Positions 47,520-58,471 are shown, counted from the first letter of the stretch. The stretch: 64,000 nt of DNA from Cyanobacteria bacterium P01_A01_bin.123 (GCA_039815185.1 JBCBZT010000013.1:32001-96000); one strand, 5' to 3'. Program-made: numbers and translations. The notes: generated by a model not told the origin, from the letters alone.

Positions 47520-48575
47520 ATGCAAGATTCCAATGCTTCTGGGACTGTTGACCATGGGCAGTCCTCTGCTACGTCTGAAAGCCTGACACCATCGTATCTG
47601 GCCAACCGATTTACGCTAGACCTGTTGGCAGCCGATGATACGGGGCCAGATGCAGGCCAAGAGGTGATTGATGGGCTAACTCAGCGCCCCAAAGCATTGC
47701 CGCCTAAATTTTTCTATGACGATCGGGGGTCTGAGCTGTTTGAACAAATTACCCAACTGCCGGAGTATTACCTCACTCGTACTGAAACGGGGATTCTAAA
47801 ACACTCTGCCGCTGCGATCGCGACTTTAACGGGCCCCTGCGATTTGATTGAACTCGGCAGCGGTAGTTCCACCAAAACCCGATTTTTGCTCGACGCTTAC
47901 CAACAGTTGGGCCTGGCTTGCCGATATATCCCCGTAGACGTCAGCGGCGGCATTTTAGAGAGCAGTGCCAAACAGCTTTTACACGACTACCCCGATCTAC
48001 AAGTTCATGGACTGGTTGGCACCTATGAGGCAGCGTTGCAACATTTGCCGCCTGCGGCCTTGCCCAAGCGGATGATCGCCTTTATTGGCAGTACCTTAGG
48101 CAATTTATCCCCTGCTCGCTGTGCCGAATTTTTGCAGCAGGTTGCAGACGCGTTGAATCCTGGCGATTACTTTCTACTCGGTGTCGATTTGCACAAAGCC
48201 CGTGATCCGCTGGAAGCTGCCTATAACGATAGCCAGGGCATCACTGTCGACTTTAATCTCAATATGCTAAGTCATCTGAACTGGCGCTTTGGGGGCAATT
48301 TTAATTTGAGCCAGTTTGAACATCAAGCGTTTTATAACGCAGCCGAACGGCAAGTCGAAATTTACATCAAAAGCTTGATCGATCAGCAAGTGACGCTGTC
48401 GGATCTGGATTTGACTGTTGAATTTTCCGAAAATGAATGCCTGCTCAGCGAAATTTCTCGCAAGTTTGATTTAGCAACGATGCCCCAAATGCTGGGTACT
48501 CACCAGCTTAAGGTGTTAGAAAAATTCACCGATGAAAAACAGTGGTTTGGACTAATTCTCAGCCAAAAAGGGTAA
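47520..48575 (+). CDS. egtD: L-histidine N-alpha-methyltransferase EgtD
   Basis: KFFYDDRGSELFEQIT.LPEYYLTRTE, ELGSGSSTKT, GSTLGN, AYND.QG. Confidence 0.95.
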   Translation: MQDSNASGTVDHGQSSATSESLTPSYLANRFTLDLLAADDTGPDAGQEVIDGLTQRPKALPPKFFYDDRGSELFEQITQLPEYYLTRTETGILKHSAAAIATLTGPCDLIELGSGSSTKTRFLLDAYQQLGLACRYIPVDVSGGILESSAKQLLHDYPDLQVHGLVGTYEAALQHLPPAALPKRMIAFIGSTLGNLSPARCAEFLQQVADALNPGDYFLLGVDLHKARDPLEAAYNDSQGITVDFNLNMLSHLNWRFGGNFNLSQFEHQAFYNAAERQVEIYIKSLIDQQVTLSDLDLTVEFSENECLLSEISRKFDLATMPQMLGTHQLKVLEKFTDEKQWFGLILSQKG

Positions 48576-48611
48576 CTGGTATTGGACATTTTGCAGCACT
48601 CCAAATTGACT

Positions 48612-49250
48612 TTAACGGCCCAAATCATGAAGCGCGTGAATAGCATCTGTGCAGCGGTGGGTGACTTCCCAAAGTTTTTCCTTATTAGTTGAAGCTGGTG
48701 GATCTATTACCTTACCGATACGAACTGTAACGGGTGCTGAACGCGGTATGGCACTCCCTTTTTGGAAAATCTTATCCGTGCCCCATAGACTCACCGGCAA
48801 AAGCGGTACCTGAGCTTTCGCTGCAAGTAAGGCAGCCCCCAACTTAGGACTCAAAATCCGACCATCGGCAGTGCGTGTCCCTTGCAGAAAAACCCCCACG
48901 GCCCAACCTGCCTCCAACTGTTTGAGCGCCTCTCGAATCGCACTCCGATCGGCAGACCCTCGTTTTACCGGATAAGCGCCATAGAGCTGAATCGCCTGAC
49001 TTAATACAGGCACACGAAACAGCTCCTCCTTTGCCATGTATGAGACGGGGCGTCTGACACAGTTAGACACAATCGGCGGATCAAAATCGCTGGCGTGGTT
49101 AGCAACCACCAACAGTGGCCCAGTTGTGGGGACGCGATCGGCACCATAAATGCGACCGCGTAGATAGGTATGCAGAACTGGACTCACCACCGACCACTTA
49201 AACAGGTGATACAGTGCCAAACTTGCCAACGGTTCGCGGCTGGTGCTCAT
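48612..49250 (-). CDS. plsC: 1-acyl-sn-glycerol-3-phosphate acyltransferase
   Basis: NHASDFD, MAKEELF, FLQGTRT; last gene of the plsX-fabH-fabD operon. Confidence 0.92.
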   Translation of the reverse strand: MSTSREPLASLALYHLFKWSVVSPVLHTYLRGRIYGADRVPTTGPLLVVANHASDFDPPIVSNCVRRPVSYMAKEELFRVPVLSQAIQLYGAYPVKRGSADRSAIREALKQLEAGWAVGVFLQGTRTADGRILSPKLGAALLAAKAQVPLLPVSLWGTDKIFQKGSAIPRSAPVTVRIGKVIDPPASTNKEKLWEVTHRCTDAIHALHDLGR

Positions 49251-49262
49251 CGACTGGCCCTC

Positions 49263-50147
49263 CTAGATATCTTCTATCTGGGCCAGCGTGCCTACATTGC
49301 TGAGGGAGAGATCTTTGCAGGTGCGCTTGATCAGCCCGGTTAATACATTCCCTGGTCCGACTTCGGTTACAGCTTCCATCCCCAGTTCGGGTAACTGTAA
49401 GGAAATTTCACGCCAACGGACTGGACCGGTCATTTGTTGGGTGAGATGGGCTTTGAGCTGACTCCCGTCAGTGGTGGGAGTGGGGTCAACGTTAGAGAGG
49501 ACAGGCACCGTCGCATGTTGAAATTCGACCGCTGCTAGCACTTGCTCAAACTCTCTCGCGGCTGGCGCCATTAACGGGGAATGAAAAGCACCGCTGACAT
49601 TGAGCTTGACAGCCCGCTTGGACTTGACGCTGTCAGTCACGGTAGTTACCGCTGCGGGTGTTCCTGAAATGACCACTTGGCTGGTGTTATTGTCATTGGC
49701 AAGTACCACCCCTTCAACAGCTTGAATCTTAGCTTCAAGCTCAGTGCGATTAAAGCCTATGAGGGCAACCATGGTACCCTCCGAAGCCTGGGCCATCAAT
49801 TCTGCGCGCCGTTTTACCAAGCGTAGACCTGTAGCAAATTCGTAGACCCCACTTGCATAAAGTGCTGCATATTCTCCAAGGCTGTGTCCGGCAACTAGGG
49901 AAGGCAATTTTCCCTTCGCTTTGAGGAGGTCAACCAGAATACATTCGAGGGTGTATAGGCAGGGTTGGGTATAGGGGGCGTGGGAAACTTTATCGTCTTC
50001 GTCTTGGCTAACTGCTAGTACAGACCAGCCTAAAATTTCTTCGGCCTGAGTAAACTTAGCCTTAGCTTCTGGTAATCCAGCCAGGTCGACCCCCATACCA
50101 ATGGTTTGAGAGCCTTGTCCGGGGAATACCCATGCAGTTTTGGTCAT
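49263..50147 (-). CDS. fabD: Malonyl-CoA:ACP transacylase
   Basis: FPGQGSQ, GHSLGEY, VSGAFHS. Confidence 0.97.
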   Translation of the reverse strand: MTKTAWVFPGQGSQTIGMGVDLAGLPEAKAKFTQAEEILGWSVLAVSQDEDDKVSHAPYTQPCLYTLECILVDLLKAKGKLPSLVAGHSLGEYAALYASGVYEFATGLRLVKRRAELMAQASEGTMVALIGFNRTELEAKIQAVEGVVLANDNNTSQVVISGTPAAVTTVTDSVKSKRAVKLNVSGAFHSPLMAPAAREFEQVLAAVEFQHATVPVLSNVDPTPTTDGSQLKAHLTQQMTGPVRWREISLQLPELGMEAVTEVGPGNVLTGLIKRTCKDLSLSNVGTLAQIEDI

Positions 50148-50247
50148 AATCTTTACTTACTTCGCGGTGAGTCGCATTCTTCACTCTCTCAAGAAAAGGG
50201 TACTTTCTCAAGAAAAGAGACTTTAGAAAAGATGAGGATTGCTCTGC

Positions 50248-51246
50248 TTAACCCCATTCGAAGATGGCTGCACCCCAGGTTAGCCCTGCGCCAAATCCAG
50301 AACTGGCAATCACATTACCGGGTTGGATTTTGCCGCTGCGGATCGCTTCATCCAAAGCAATGGGAATGGAGGCTGCTGAGGTATTGCCGTGGCGGGCCAT
50401 ATTGCTAATGACGCGATCGCTGGGAATGTTTAATCGCTGGGCAACCGCATCTAAAATCCGCTGGTTAGCCTGATGCAAGATCATCCAGTCAATTGACTCG
50501 GTGGTCAGATTAGCCCGAAAGAGAGCCTTCTCAATCACCTCAGGGACGCGGTTGACGGCAAAACGATAAACTTCGCGACCGTTCATGGTCACTGGCGCAA
50601 AAGTGCCCTGCTGTACGGAGATGTCATCGACCAGGGGTTGGGATTCAGATTGGTAGGCCAAATTTAAACAGTTGTTCATTGTGCCGTCGCTGCACATCTC
50701 GAAACCCAACAGACGATCGCTTTCAGCGGCCTGCATCACCACTGCACCAGCCCCATCACCGAAAAGAACACAGGTGCGGCGATCGCGCCAATCTAACCAG
50801 CGAGAGAGCAAATCAGCCCCAATCACCACAATAGTTTGATAGGTCCCCGTACGAATAAATTGAGCCGCCGTAATCAACCCGAATACAAACCCAGAGCAAG
50901 CTGCTGTTAGGTCGAAAGCCACAGCCCGAGATGCACCTAGCTGCGCTTGAATTTGGCTCGCGCTGCCAAATAAGTCGTCAGGGGTTGAAGTCGCCAGTAC
51001 AATCAGATCTACGTCAGTTGGGGTGAGCCCTGCCATCGCCAGCGCTTGGCTGGCGGCCTCAGCGCCCAAAGTGCCAATGCTATCGTCTGCCTGGGCAATA
51101 TGGCGTTGGCGAATCCCGGTACGGGTCGCAATCCACTCATCAGAGGTATCAACCACCTGGCTTAAGGCATCATTGCTGAGCACAACCTTTAATCCGGCTG
51201 AACCACTGCCGGTTAGTGAGACACCGTTTCTTTGCTGATCCAACAT
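50248..51246 (-). CDS. fabH: Beta-ketoacyl-ACP synthase III
   Basis: AACSGF, HQANQRI, GNTSAASIP, GFGAGLTWG. Confidence 0.97.
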   Translation of the reverse strand: MLDQQRNGVSLTGSGSAGLKVVLSNDALSQVVDTSDEWIATRTGIRQRHIAQADDSIGTLGAEAASQALAMAGLTPTDVDLIVLATSTPDDLFGSASQIQAQLGASRAVAFDLTAACSGFVFGLITAAQFIRTGTYQTIVVIGADLLSRWLDWRDRRTCVLFGDGAGAVVMQAAESDRLLGFEMCSDGTMNNCLNLAYQSESQPLVDDISVQQGTFAPVTMNGREVYRFAVNRVPEVIEKALFRANLTTESIDWMILHQANQRILDAVAQRLNIPSDRVISNMARHGNTSAASIPIALDEAIRSGKIQPGNVIASSGFGAGLTWGAAIFEWG

Positions 51247-52284
51247 TTAGTCTCCATCTGCTGCTGGCGCAGCTACTTTTTGGTATTGTTCTCGAATTCG
51301 ATCCAACACCCGATTATCAACCGCCTCTTTTGCCAGTCGAATCGCGTTAAAAATGGATGGGGCTTGAGAGCTGCCGTGACTAATCACAGCAATCCCACTG
51401 ACGCCCAACAGTAGGCCACCGCCGTGCTCAGCGTGATCTACCCGTTGTTTAATGCGCCTGAGATTACCGCGTAGCAACGCTGTTCCCAACTTACCTTCGA
51501 TCCCTTGGGGCAACTCTTCCCGCAGAATTTGCAACACCGATTCACCGACGGCTTCTGCAAATTTCAGCAGCACATTGCCCACAAACCCATCACACACCAC
51601 GACATCAAACTGACCGGAGAGTACATCGCGCCCTTCTGCATTGCCCACAAACGGGACTGCTGGGTTGTCAGCTAATGCCTGATGTACCTGTACCGTCAAT
51701 TCGTTTCCTTTACTGGGTTCTTCGCCGATGTTGAGCAACCCTACTTTGGGTTGCTCAATCCCCAGAACATATTGGGAATAGATTGCCCCCATCACCGCGA
51801 ACTGCTCTAAAAATTTGGGTCGGCAATCGACGTTGGCACCGACATCCAGAACCAGGACTGGCTTATTCGCTACCACGGTAGGAAATACGGCCCCAATGGC
51901 AGGGCGATCGATGCCTTTGATGCGTCCCAGGCGCAGTAGTGCTGCTGCCATGGCTGCCCCAGAATGACCCGCTGATACCACCCCGTCAGCTCGATCGTGC
52001 TTGACCAAATCCATTGCCACATTGATAGAGGCTTTGGGTTTACGGCGAAGTGCACTCAGAGGCTCTTCGTGCATTTCTACAATGCCTTCAGCAGGCACAA
52101 TCTCGATATCTCGCAGATTTTCAGGCTTGGGGTTAGAGTCCTGAATTTGTTCAGGATCACCCACCAAGATAATATCTGCGTCCAGTTCAGCTCTGGCTCG
52201 AATAGCGCCAGCGACAATCTCAGCGGGGGCAAAGTCCCCACCCATCGCATCTATTGCGATTCGTGCTCGATTCAATCCCATCAA
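51247..52284 (-). CDS. plsX: Phosphate acyltransferase PlsX
   Basis: IAIDAMGGDFAP, LDVGAN, LLNIGEE, CDGFVGN, SHGSS. Confidence 0.97.
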   Translation of the reverse strand: MMGLNRARIAIDAMGGDFAPAEIVAGAIRARAELDADIILVGDPEQIQDSNPKPENLRDIEIVPAEGIVEMHEEPLSALRRKPKASINVAMDLVKHDRADGVVSAGHSGAAMAAALLRLGRIKGIDRPAIGAVFPTVVANKPVLVLDVGANVDCRPKFLEQFAVMGAIYSQYVLGIEQPKVGLLNIGEEPSKGNELTVQVHQALADNPAVPFVGNAEGRDVLSGQFDVVVCDGFVGNVLLKFAEAVGESVLQILREELPQGIEGKLGTALLRGNLRRIKQRVDHAEHGGGLLLGVSGIAVISHGSSQAPSIFNAIRLAKEAVDNRVLDRIREQYQKVAAPAADGD

Positions 52285-52320
52285 CTGAAGCTATTAAAAA
52301 CCTTCAGAAATTTTATCAGA

Positions 52321-53058
52321 CTACTCTTCACCCGGCTCCACAATTCGCTGGAACAGGTAGCCTGTTCCCCTCGCAGTGAGGATTAATTCTGGATTGCTGG
52401 GGTCGTCTTCTAGCTTAGCCCGTAGGCGAGAAATGTGAACGTCGACAACGCGGGTGTCCACATGGCGTTCGGGGGTGTAGCCCCAAACCTCTTGTAAAAT
52501 TTCAGAGCGAGAGAAAGGTTCTCCGGAACGGCTGACTAATAGTTCTAGTAAGCTGAACTCCATCCCTGTTAGCCGAATCCGCTCGTCACCCTTATAAACC
52601 TGACGCTTGTTTGTGTCGATACGAATGGTGTTGACCTGGATTACCCCTGAGCTGGGGATGCCGGAAGTGCCAGTTTTTTCTACCCGCCGCAGCACAGAAC
52701 GAATGCGTGCCTCCAGCTCCTTAGGTGAAAAAGGCTTGACGACGTAGTCATCGGCACCGAGTTCAAGTCCGGTAATCCGATCGGCGACGTCTCCCAGAGC
52801 GGTGAGCATAATGATAGGAATGTCTGACTCTTTGCGGAGCTCTTGACACACGCCATAGCCATCGAGCTTGGGCATCATCACATCCAACACAACGAGATCA
52901 GGCGCAGCATCACGGAAGGTCTCCAGTGCTTCCTCTCCGTCAGCGGCAGTGACAACGTCATACCCGATCATAGAGAGCCGGGTTTCCAAAATTCGACGAA
53001 TACTAGCTTCGTCGTCTACTACTAAAATCTTTTCTTTCAAATTGTCCAATGCTCTCAA
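52321..53058 (-). CDS. rpaB: OmpR-family response regulator RpaB
   Basis: ILVVDDEASIRRILETRLSMIGY and GYTPERHVDTRVVDVHISRLR; synteny with radA and plsX. Confidence 0.96.
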   Translation of the reverse strand: MRALDNLKEKILVVDDEASIRRILETRLSMIGYDVVTAADGEEALETFRDAAPDLVVLDVMMPKLDGYGVCQELRKESDIPIIMLTALGDVADRITGLELGADDYVVKPFSPKELEARIRSVLRRVEKTGTSGIPSSGVIQVNTIRIDTNKRQVYKGDERIRLTGMEFSLLELLVSRSGEPFSRSEILQEVWGYTPERHVDTRVVDVHISRLRAKLEDDPSNPELILTARGTGYLFQRIVEPGEE

Positions 53059-53352
53059 CTCTCCTGTCGTCAGGCCATTCTTAAAAAGATGAATACTTCG
53101 TAATTAAGTTTTAGTACGGCGATATTAAGATAGTACGCTATTCTATTCGCTTTGATCCGTTTGTGATCCCTATTCCAAGCTGCCTTAAGGTTTTTTAAGA
53201 TTTTCTTTTTAAAGTTGCGAGGGGAGAACTTGAACTTTACAAAAAGCAAACTTTCAAGATCAGACAGCAAAATTGTCAAGAATTCTATGGCGAGCTAGAT
53301 GATAATTTCCTGGGGCAGCACGATGACAATTTGTTGGAGAAGTCCCTGAAGG

Positions 53353-54786
53353 ATGGCCAAGTCTCGTTCAATTTACGTTTGCAATGCCTGTGGCGCTGAA
53401 TCGCCTCAGTATTTTGGCAAGTGTGCGGTCTGTGGCAGCTGGAATACATTGGTTGAGCAGGCGATCGCGCCCGCTAAGTCCTCCACTGGAGTGGCAGCGG
53501 TGCGATCGCGGAGCCCCCGAGCTGACAAATCGACCCATGCCAGTCCCCCCGAAGCTAGGTTGTCACTTACCCTGGCGCAGGTACAAGATCATCCCCAAGC
53601 GCGTCTGACTTCGGGCTATCACGAACTCGATCGGGTCTTGGGGGGTGGCATCGTGCCGGGGTCTTTGGTGTTGGTTGGGGGCGATCCAGGCATTGGTAAA
53701 TCAACATTGCTGCTGCAAGTGGCAAACTACCGATCGCGCCAAGCCCCAGTACTGTATGTCTGTGCTGAAGAATCAGGGCAGCAGGTGAAGCTGCGATCGC
53801 AGCGGTTGGGTATTGACGCCCAAAGGCCGGAAAATCAGTCCTCGGCAACGGATTCGCTTTACTTGTTGCCTGAGGTGGATTTAGAAACGGTGTTGATGGA
53901 GTTAGAGTCTCTGCGACCGCCCGTGGCGATTATCGACAGTATTCAGGCTTTGTACTATCGCGAATTAACCTCGGCACCCGGATCGGTATCTCAAGTGCGG
54001 GAATGTACTTCGGCGCTGATGCAGGTGGCTAAGCGAGAAAATATTAGCTTGTTCATCGTGGGGCATGTCACTAAGGAGGGCGCGATCGCTGGCCCGAAAG
54101 TGCTAGAACACCTGGTCGATACGGTGCTCTATTTTGAGGGCGATCGCTTTGCCAGCCACCGCTTATTACGTTCAGTCAAAAACCGTTTTGGCGCGACCCA
54201 TGAGCTAGGCGTGTTTGAAATGGTCGATCGCGGGTTAGAAGAAGTCCGCAACCCCTCGGCACTATTTTTGGGCAACCGGGATGAAGTGGTGTCTGGAATC
54301 GCCACGATTGTTGCCTGTGAGGGAACCCGACCTTTAGTGGTTGAATTGCAATCCCTGGTGAGTCCTACGAGCTACAGTTCACCCCGGCGATCGACGACGG
54401 GCGTGGAATACAATCGGCTGCTGCAAATTTTGGCAGTGTTGGAGAAACGGGTCGGCATCCCCCTCTCGAAGCTAGACGCCTACGTGGCCTCCTCCGGCGG
54501 GCTGAACGTGGCTGAACCGGCGGCAGATTTGGGCATTGCGATCGCAGTGGTGGCGAGTTTTCGCGATCGCCTGGTTGATCCTTACACCGTACTGATTGGC
54601 GAGGTGGGCTTAGGCGGTCAAGTCCGGCCCGTTTCTCAACTGGAACTGCGGCTCAAAGAAGCAGCCAAGCTGGGCTTCAAACGGGCGATCGTGCCTAAAG
54701 GGCAAGGCATCGACTGCGGTCTGGAGGTGATTCCGGTAGCACGAGTGGTCGATGCGATCGGTGTAGCGTTGTCTGGTAACGCTTGA
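53353..54786 (+). CDS. radA: DNA repair protein RadA/Sms
   Basis: CxxC..CxxC zinc finger, GDPGIGKST, KNRFG. Confidence 0.97.
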   Translation: MAKSRSIYVCNACGAESPQYFGKCAVCGSWNTLVEQAIAPAKSSTGVAAVRSRSPRADKSTHASPPEARLSLTLAQVQDHPQARLTSGYHELDRVLGGGIVPGSLVLVGGDPGIGKSTLLLQVANYRSRQAPVLYVCAEESGQQVKLRSQRLGIDAQRPENQSSATDSLYLLPEVDLETVLMELESLRPPVAIIDSIQALYYRELTSAPGSVSQVRECTSALMQVAKRENISLFIVGHVTKEGAIAGPKVLEHLVDTVLYFEGDRFASHRLLRSVKNRFGATHELGVFEMVDRGLEEVRNPSALFLGNRDEVVSGIATIVACEGTRPLVVELQSLVSPTSYSSPRRSTTGVEYNRLLQILAVLEKRVGIPLSKLDAYVASSGGLNVAEPAADLGIAIAVVASFRDRLVDPYTVLIGEVGLGGQVRPVSQLELRLKEAAKLGFKRAIVPKGQGIDCGLEVIPVARVVDAIGVALSGNA

Positions 54787-54795
54787 GGGTAGAGA

Positions 54796-55650
54796 CTAGC
54801 TGGCTTTAGTTGGCGGCAACGGTGGACTTTGGTAGGGCAGAGGAATGTATTGGACAGAGGGGCGTCCGGTCATGGGTTGGGGATATAGCTCCATCAAGTT
54901 ATAAATTTCCATCGGCAGTCCAGCGGTAACGGGCAAACCGATTTCCTCAGCTTCTTCCATCGCAATCGGATAATCATGGGTGACTTGCCCCGTAGTTAGC
55001 CTTTCGATGATGGTGTCGATTTTGTCAGGATCAATCTTTGGTGCCGGAATGTTGTCTTCTAGCAACGACCGGACAAATGCCTGCACTTGGGCGATCGCTT
55101 TGCGGGCTATATCTGCCGTCACTAAGGTTTGGTCGTCAATCTTGTCAATGGGTTTCTCTTCTAGTACCTTCAGGACACTGGCTGCAGCCACATTTCCCAG
55201 TTGCGGGTCAACAGGGCCTAGCACCGCATTTTCATCCATGACGATCTCGTCGGCAGCCATGGCCAGCATGGTGCCGCCGCTCATGGCGTAGTGGGGTACA
55301 AACACCGTGACTTTGGCAGCGTGGCGAATCAAGGCTCTGGCAATTTGTTCTGTTGCCAACACCAGTCCACCAGGGGTGTGCAAAATCAGGTCGATGGGCA
55401 CATCCGGCGGTGTCAAGCGGATGGCCCGCAAGATTTGTTCTGAGTCTTCGATATTGATGAATTTAGACAGCGGAATCCCCAGCAAGCTGATCGATTCTTG
55501 GCGATGAATCATCAGAATCACGCGACTGCCTCGCTGCTGCTCTAGGGCACGAATCGCATTGAGCCGCCGCATTTCTGTTCGCCGCCGCTGAATCACTGGC
55601 TGCACAGAGGAAATGATCAAAAAGATCACTAACAGGTTGAAAAAGCTCAT
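54796..55650 (-). CDS. SDH family Clp-fold serine proteinase
   Basis: IHRQE, LHTPGG, AMSGGT, LGPVDPQ, THDYPI. Confidence 0.9.
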   Translation of the reverse strand: MSFFNLLVIFLIISSVQPVIQRRRTEMRRLNAIRALEQQRGSRVILMIHRQESISLLGIPLSKFINIEDSEQILRAIRLTPPDVPIDLILHTPGGLVLATEQIARALIRHAAKVTVFVPHYAMSGGTMLAMAADEIVMDENAVLGPVDPQLGNVAAASVLKVLEEKPIDKIDDQTLVTADIARKAIAQVQAFVRSLLEDNIPAPKIDPDKIDTIIERLTTGQVTHDYPIAMEEAEEIGLPVTAGLPMEIYNLMELYPQPMTGRPSVQYIPLPYQSPPLPPTKAS

Positions 55651-55785
55651 GGCATAACAAACGTAGTCCGCTTTTAAGAATGCCAGATTCGCTCTGGTTT
55701 GAGAACGGGCTTTTAGGGTTGAGATTGCTGATTTAGAAATTGGCTAAGCTAGAGCCAGTGCCGCTTCCTTAGCCCCATTTTTCCT

Positions 55786-57615
55786 ATGCCTACGCTTCAT
55801 CAAGCTTGGGATAACAGTCACTTCTACACCAATAGTGACGATCCCAAAATAGCTACCACGGTTGACCAACTCAAAGGTGCGATCGCGACCCTCGCTGACC
55901 AGTGCACCCCTTTCACCCAGCACATCGAAACTGCCGAAACCCTCCCCGCAGAAGAATTCGACGACCTGCTAGCCCAAGTCAAAACCGCCCACCAGCAGCG
56001 CACCGACATTGCTAAACAACTGGGCAATCTGCGCACCTTTATCTCCTCTATCCTCAGCGTTGACTCCCGCGATGCTAGTGCTAGCGAGTGGAAACCCACC
56101 CTCCAACAGCTCAGTGCCGAAATGAGCCAGGCCACTAAAGCCTTGGATATTTTCCTGAATCGGGTGAGTGACGATTTCATCCAAGCCGCGATCGCCGACC
56201 CAGTCCTCGAAGAGCTGAGTTTCTCACTGCGACACCAGCGCAAGCTCAAAGACCAACTGCTCAGCGTGGCTGAGGAAAAACTGATCACGGGTCTCGCCGT
56301 CAATGGGCTCCAGGGGTGGGGTAACCTCTACACCAAACTCTCGGGCACCTTGCAATGCACGGTCGATGGCAATACTGTTGGACTAGCTAAAGCGTTTAAC
56401 CTGATGAGTTCCCCCGAACGTACCATTCGATCTGAAGCTTGGTATGGGGTCAAAACCGCCTGGGAAAGTCGGGCCGAAACGGTAGCGGTTATTCTCAACG
56501 CGATCAACGGTTGGCGACTAGAAGAAACGAAACAGCGCGGGCACCACCGTACCCTCCACTACCTCGACAAAAGTTGCCACCAAAGCCGCATCGATCGCGC
56601 CACCCTCGATGCCCTGATGGAAACCACCTATCAACGGCGAGCCGTTGGTCAACGAGCCCTGACTGCCATGGGCAAGGTACTCAATCTCCAGCCTATGGCC
56701 CCCTGGGATTTGTTTGCTCCGGCTCCAGCAGGGAGCCAAGCCCGGATGTTTTCCTTCGAGGAGGCGATTGAGTTGGTGGCCAAGGCCTTTCAACAACTCA
56801 CCCCAGCCATGGGAGATTTTGCGGTGATGATGGCTGAAAAAGGCTGGATTGATGCTAAACCGACCCCCAATCGATCGACTGGGGCCTATTGCACCAGCTT
56901 TTCAGAACCCAGGGAGCCGCGCATTTTTATGACTTTTGAAGGCACCATGAACAATGTGCTGACCTTGGCCCATGAGCTGGGTCATGCCTGGCACAACTGG
57001 GTCATGCGAGACCTGCCGCGCTACAAAACCTACTACTCGATGACGCTGGCAGAAACCGCCAGTATTTTTGGCGAAACCCTGGTGCGGGATGCGCTGTTTG
57101 CCCAGGCCAGCACTCCTGAACAAAAACTGGAAATTGCTTGGCAAGATGGCGCTGCTGCCACGGTATTTTTGCTCAATATTCCGTCTCGATTTACGTTTGA
57201 ACAAAAACTGGTGGAAGCGCGCAAACAAGGGTTTGTGATTGCGGATACGCTCAAAGATTTGATGCGGGACAGTTGGCAGCATTGGTATGAGGACAGTCTA
57301 GCCAGCTATGACGAGATGTTCTGGGCGAGTAAGCTGCACTTCTCCATCGCAGAGCTTAGTTTTTACAACTATCCCTATCTGTTTGGGTATTTGTTTAGCC
57401 TCGGTATCTATGCTCAAAAAGACCATTATGGGGAGGCGTTTAATGACCTCTACACTATGCTGCTGCGGAATACTGGCAGCATGACTGCGGAGGATTTGGT
57501 GCAACATCATCTCCAACAAGATATTCGTCAACCTGAATTTTGGCAGGCCAGTTTGGATATTGTTGAGCGGGCTGTGAGTAGGTTAGAAGGATTGACATCT
57601 CTCAATGAAAACTGA
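55786..57615 (+). CDS. M3 family oligoendopeptidase F
   Basis: GAYCT, TLAHELGHAWH, LAETAS, FYNYPYLFG. Confidence 0.93.
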   Translation: MPTLHQAWDNSHFYTNSDDPKIATTVDQLKGAIATLADQCTPFTQHIETAETLPAEEFDDLLAQVKTAHQQRTDIAKQLGNLRTFISSILSVDSRDASASEWKPTLQQLSAEMSQATKALDIFLNRVSDDFIQAAIADPVLEELSFSLRHQRKLKDQLLSVAEEKLITGLAVNGLQGWGNLYTKLSGTLQCTVDGNTVGLAKAFNLMSSPERTIRSEAWYGVKTAWESRAETVAVILNAINGWRLEETKQRGHHRTLHYLDKSCHQSRIDRATLDALMETTYQRRAVGQRALTAMGKVLNLQPMAPWDLFAPAPAGSQARMFSFEEAIELVAKAFQQLTPAMGDFAVMMAEKGWIDAKPTPNRSTGAYCTSFSEPREPRIFMTFEGTMNNVLTLAHELGHAWHNWVMRDLPRYKTYYSMTLAETASIFGETLVRDALFAQASTPEQKLEIAWQDGAAATVFLLNIPSRFTFEQKLVEARKQGFVIADTLKDLMRDSWQHWYEDSLASYDEMFWASKLHFSIAELSFYNYPYLFGYLFSLGIYAQKDHYGEAFNDLYTMLLRNTGSMTAEDLVQHHLQQDIRQPEFWQASLDIVERAVSRLEGLTSLNEN

Positions 57616-58162
57616 GGTCACGACGGTTTACTTAGAAATACTGACGCCGCCCGCTCTCAAGCCTGGCAAAGTCACTGACCTAACGATTGTCGAAGCGCAA
57701 GTTCCTTGTCCTGAGTTAAATCGATTTCTCTACACGGCGGTGGGCGGTAATTGGTATTGGTGCGATCGCCTGTCTTGGACTTATCAAGATTGGTTGACTC
57801 ATTTGAGTCAAGATACAGTGCAAACCTGGGTGGGCTACAGCGCGGGTAACCCTGCTGGCTATTTTGAGTTAAAACAACATCGCGATCGCAGTATAGAAAT
57901 TTTGTGCTTTGGGTTGTTGCCCCAGTTCGTTGGGCGTGGCTATGGTGGGCATTTACTCACGACTGCCCTGCAAACGGCTTGGGGATTAAAACCTGAAAGA
58001 GTTTGGGTCCATACCTGTAGCCTTGATGGCCCCAATGCGCTCCGCAACTATCAAGCTCGTGGGATGCGTGTCTATCGTGAGGCGGTTAGCTCCCATGAGT
58101 TACCTGATACGCCGCCAGGGCCATGGCCAGGGTCAGAATATACAGGTAAAAATGCTCCCTGA
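57605..58162 (+). CDS. GNAT family N-acetyltransferase
   Basis: FGLLPQFVGRGYGG, VWVHTCSLD..AL.NY.ARG. Confidence 0.9.
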   Translation: MKTEVTTVYLEILTPPALKPGKVTDLTIVEAQVPCPELNRFLYTAVGGNWYWCDRLSWTYQDWLTHLSQDTVQTWVGYSAGNPAGYFELKQHRDRSIEILCFGLLPQFVGRGYGGHLLTTALQTAWGLKPERVWVHTCSLDGPNALRNYQARGMRVYREAVSSHELPDTPPGPWPGSEYTGKNAP

Positions 58163-58210
58163 ACAAATTTGAAAGCGTGGGAGGCGTAAAAAATAAGCAA
58201 TTTTTGAAGA

Positions 58211-58471
58211 TTAGACTTTGTCGTCAAACCACTGGTACCAAACGATATTGGCTAAGACTGTGATGATCAAGGTGATGGCACCGACAACGCCGGCCAACAT
58301 TGGGTCATAACTGCCGCGAGAGAGGGTTTTCATCCAGAGTTGGGTTGTCTCACTGTGACTGACGAAATTTGCAATCACAGGAAACAGGTAGATCAAAACG
58401 GCTCCAACAATGAGCCAGCCAACCATCGACGCAAGTAGGAAAATGTTTTTGCGATTGGAGCGGGAAATCAT
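58211..58471 (-). CDS. Small hypothetical membrane protein (2 TM)
   Basis: MISRSNRKNIFLLASMVGWLIVG...; likely start ATG 58471. Confidence 0.65.
   Translation of the reverse strand: MISRSNRKNIFLLASMVGWLIVGAVLIYLFPVIANFVSHSETTQLWMKTLSRGSYDPMLAGVVGAITLIITVLANIVWYQWFDDKV

Noticed and set aside
50168..50220. Short CTCAAGAAAAG direct repeat between fabH and fabD
   Set aside because: Two short purine-rich copies; too weak to assign a function.
53070..53279. 69-aa ORF between rpaB and radA
   Set aside because: AT-rich divergent promoter region with a non-ATG start and no motif; likely spurious.
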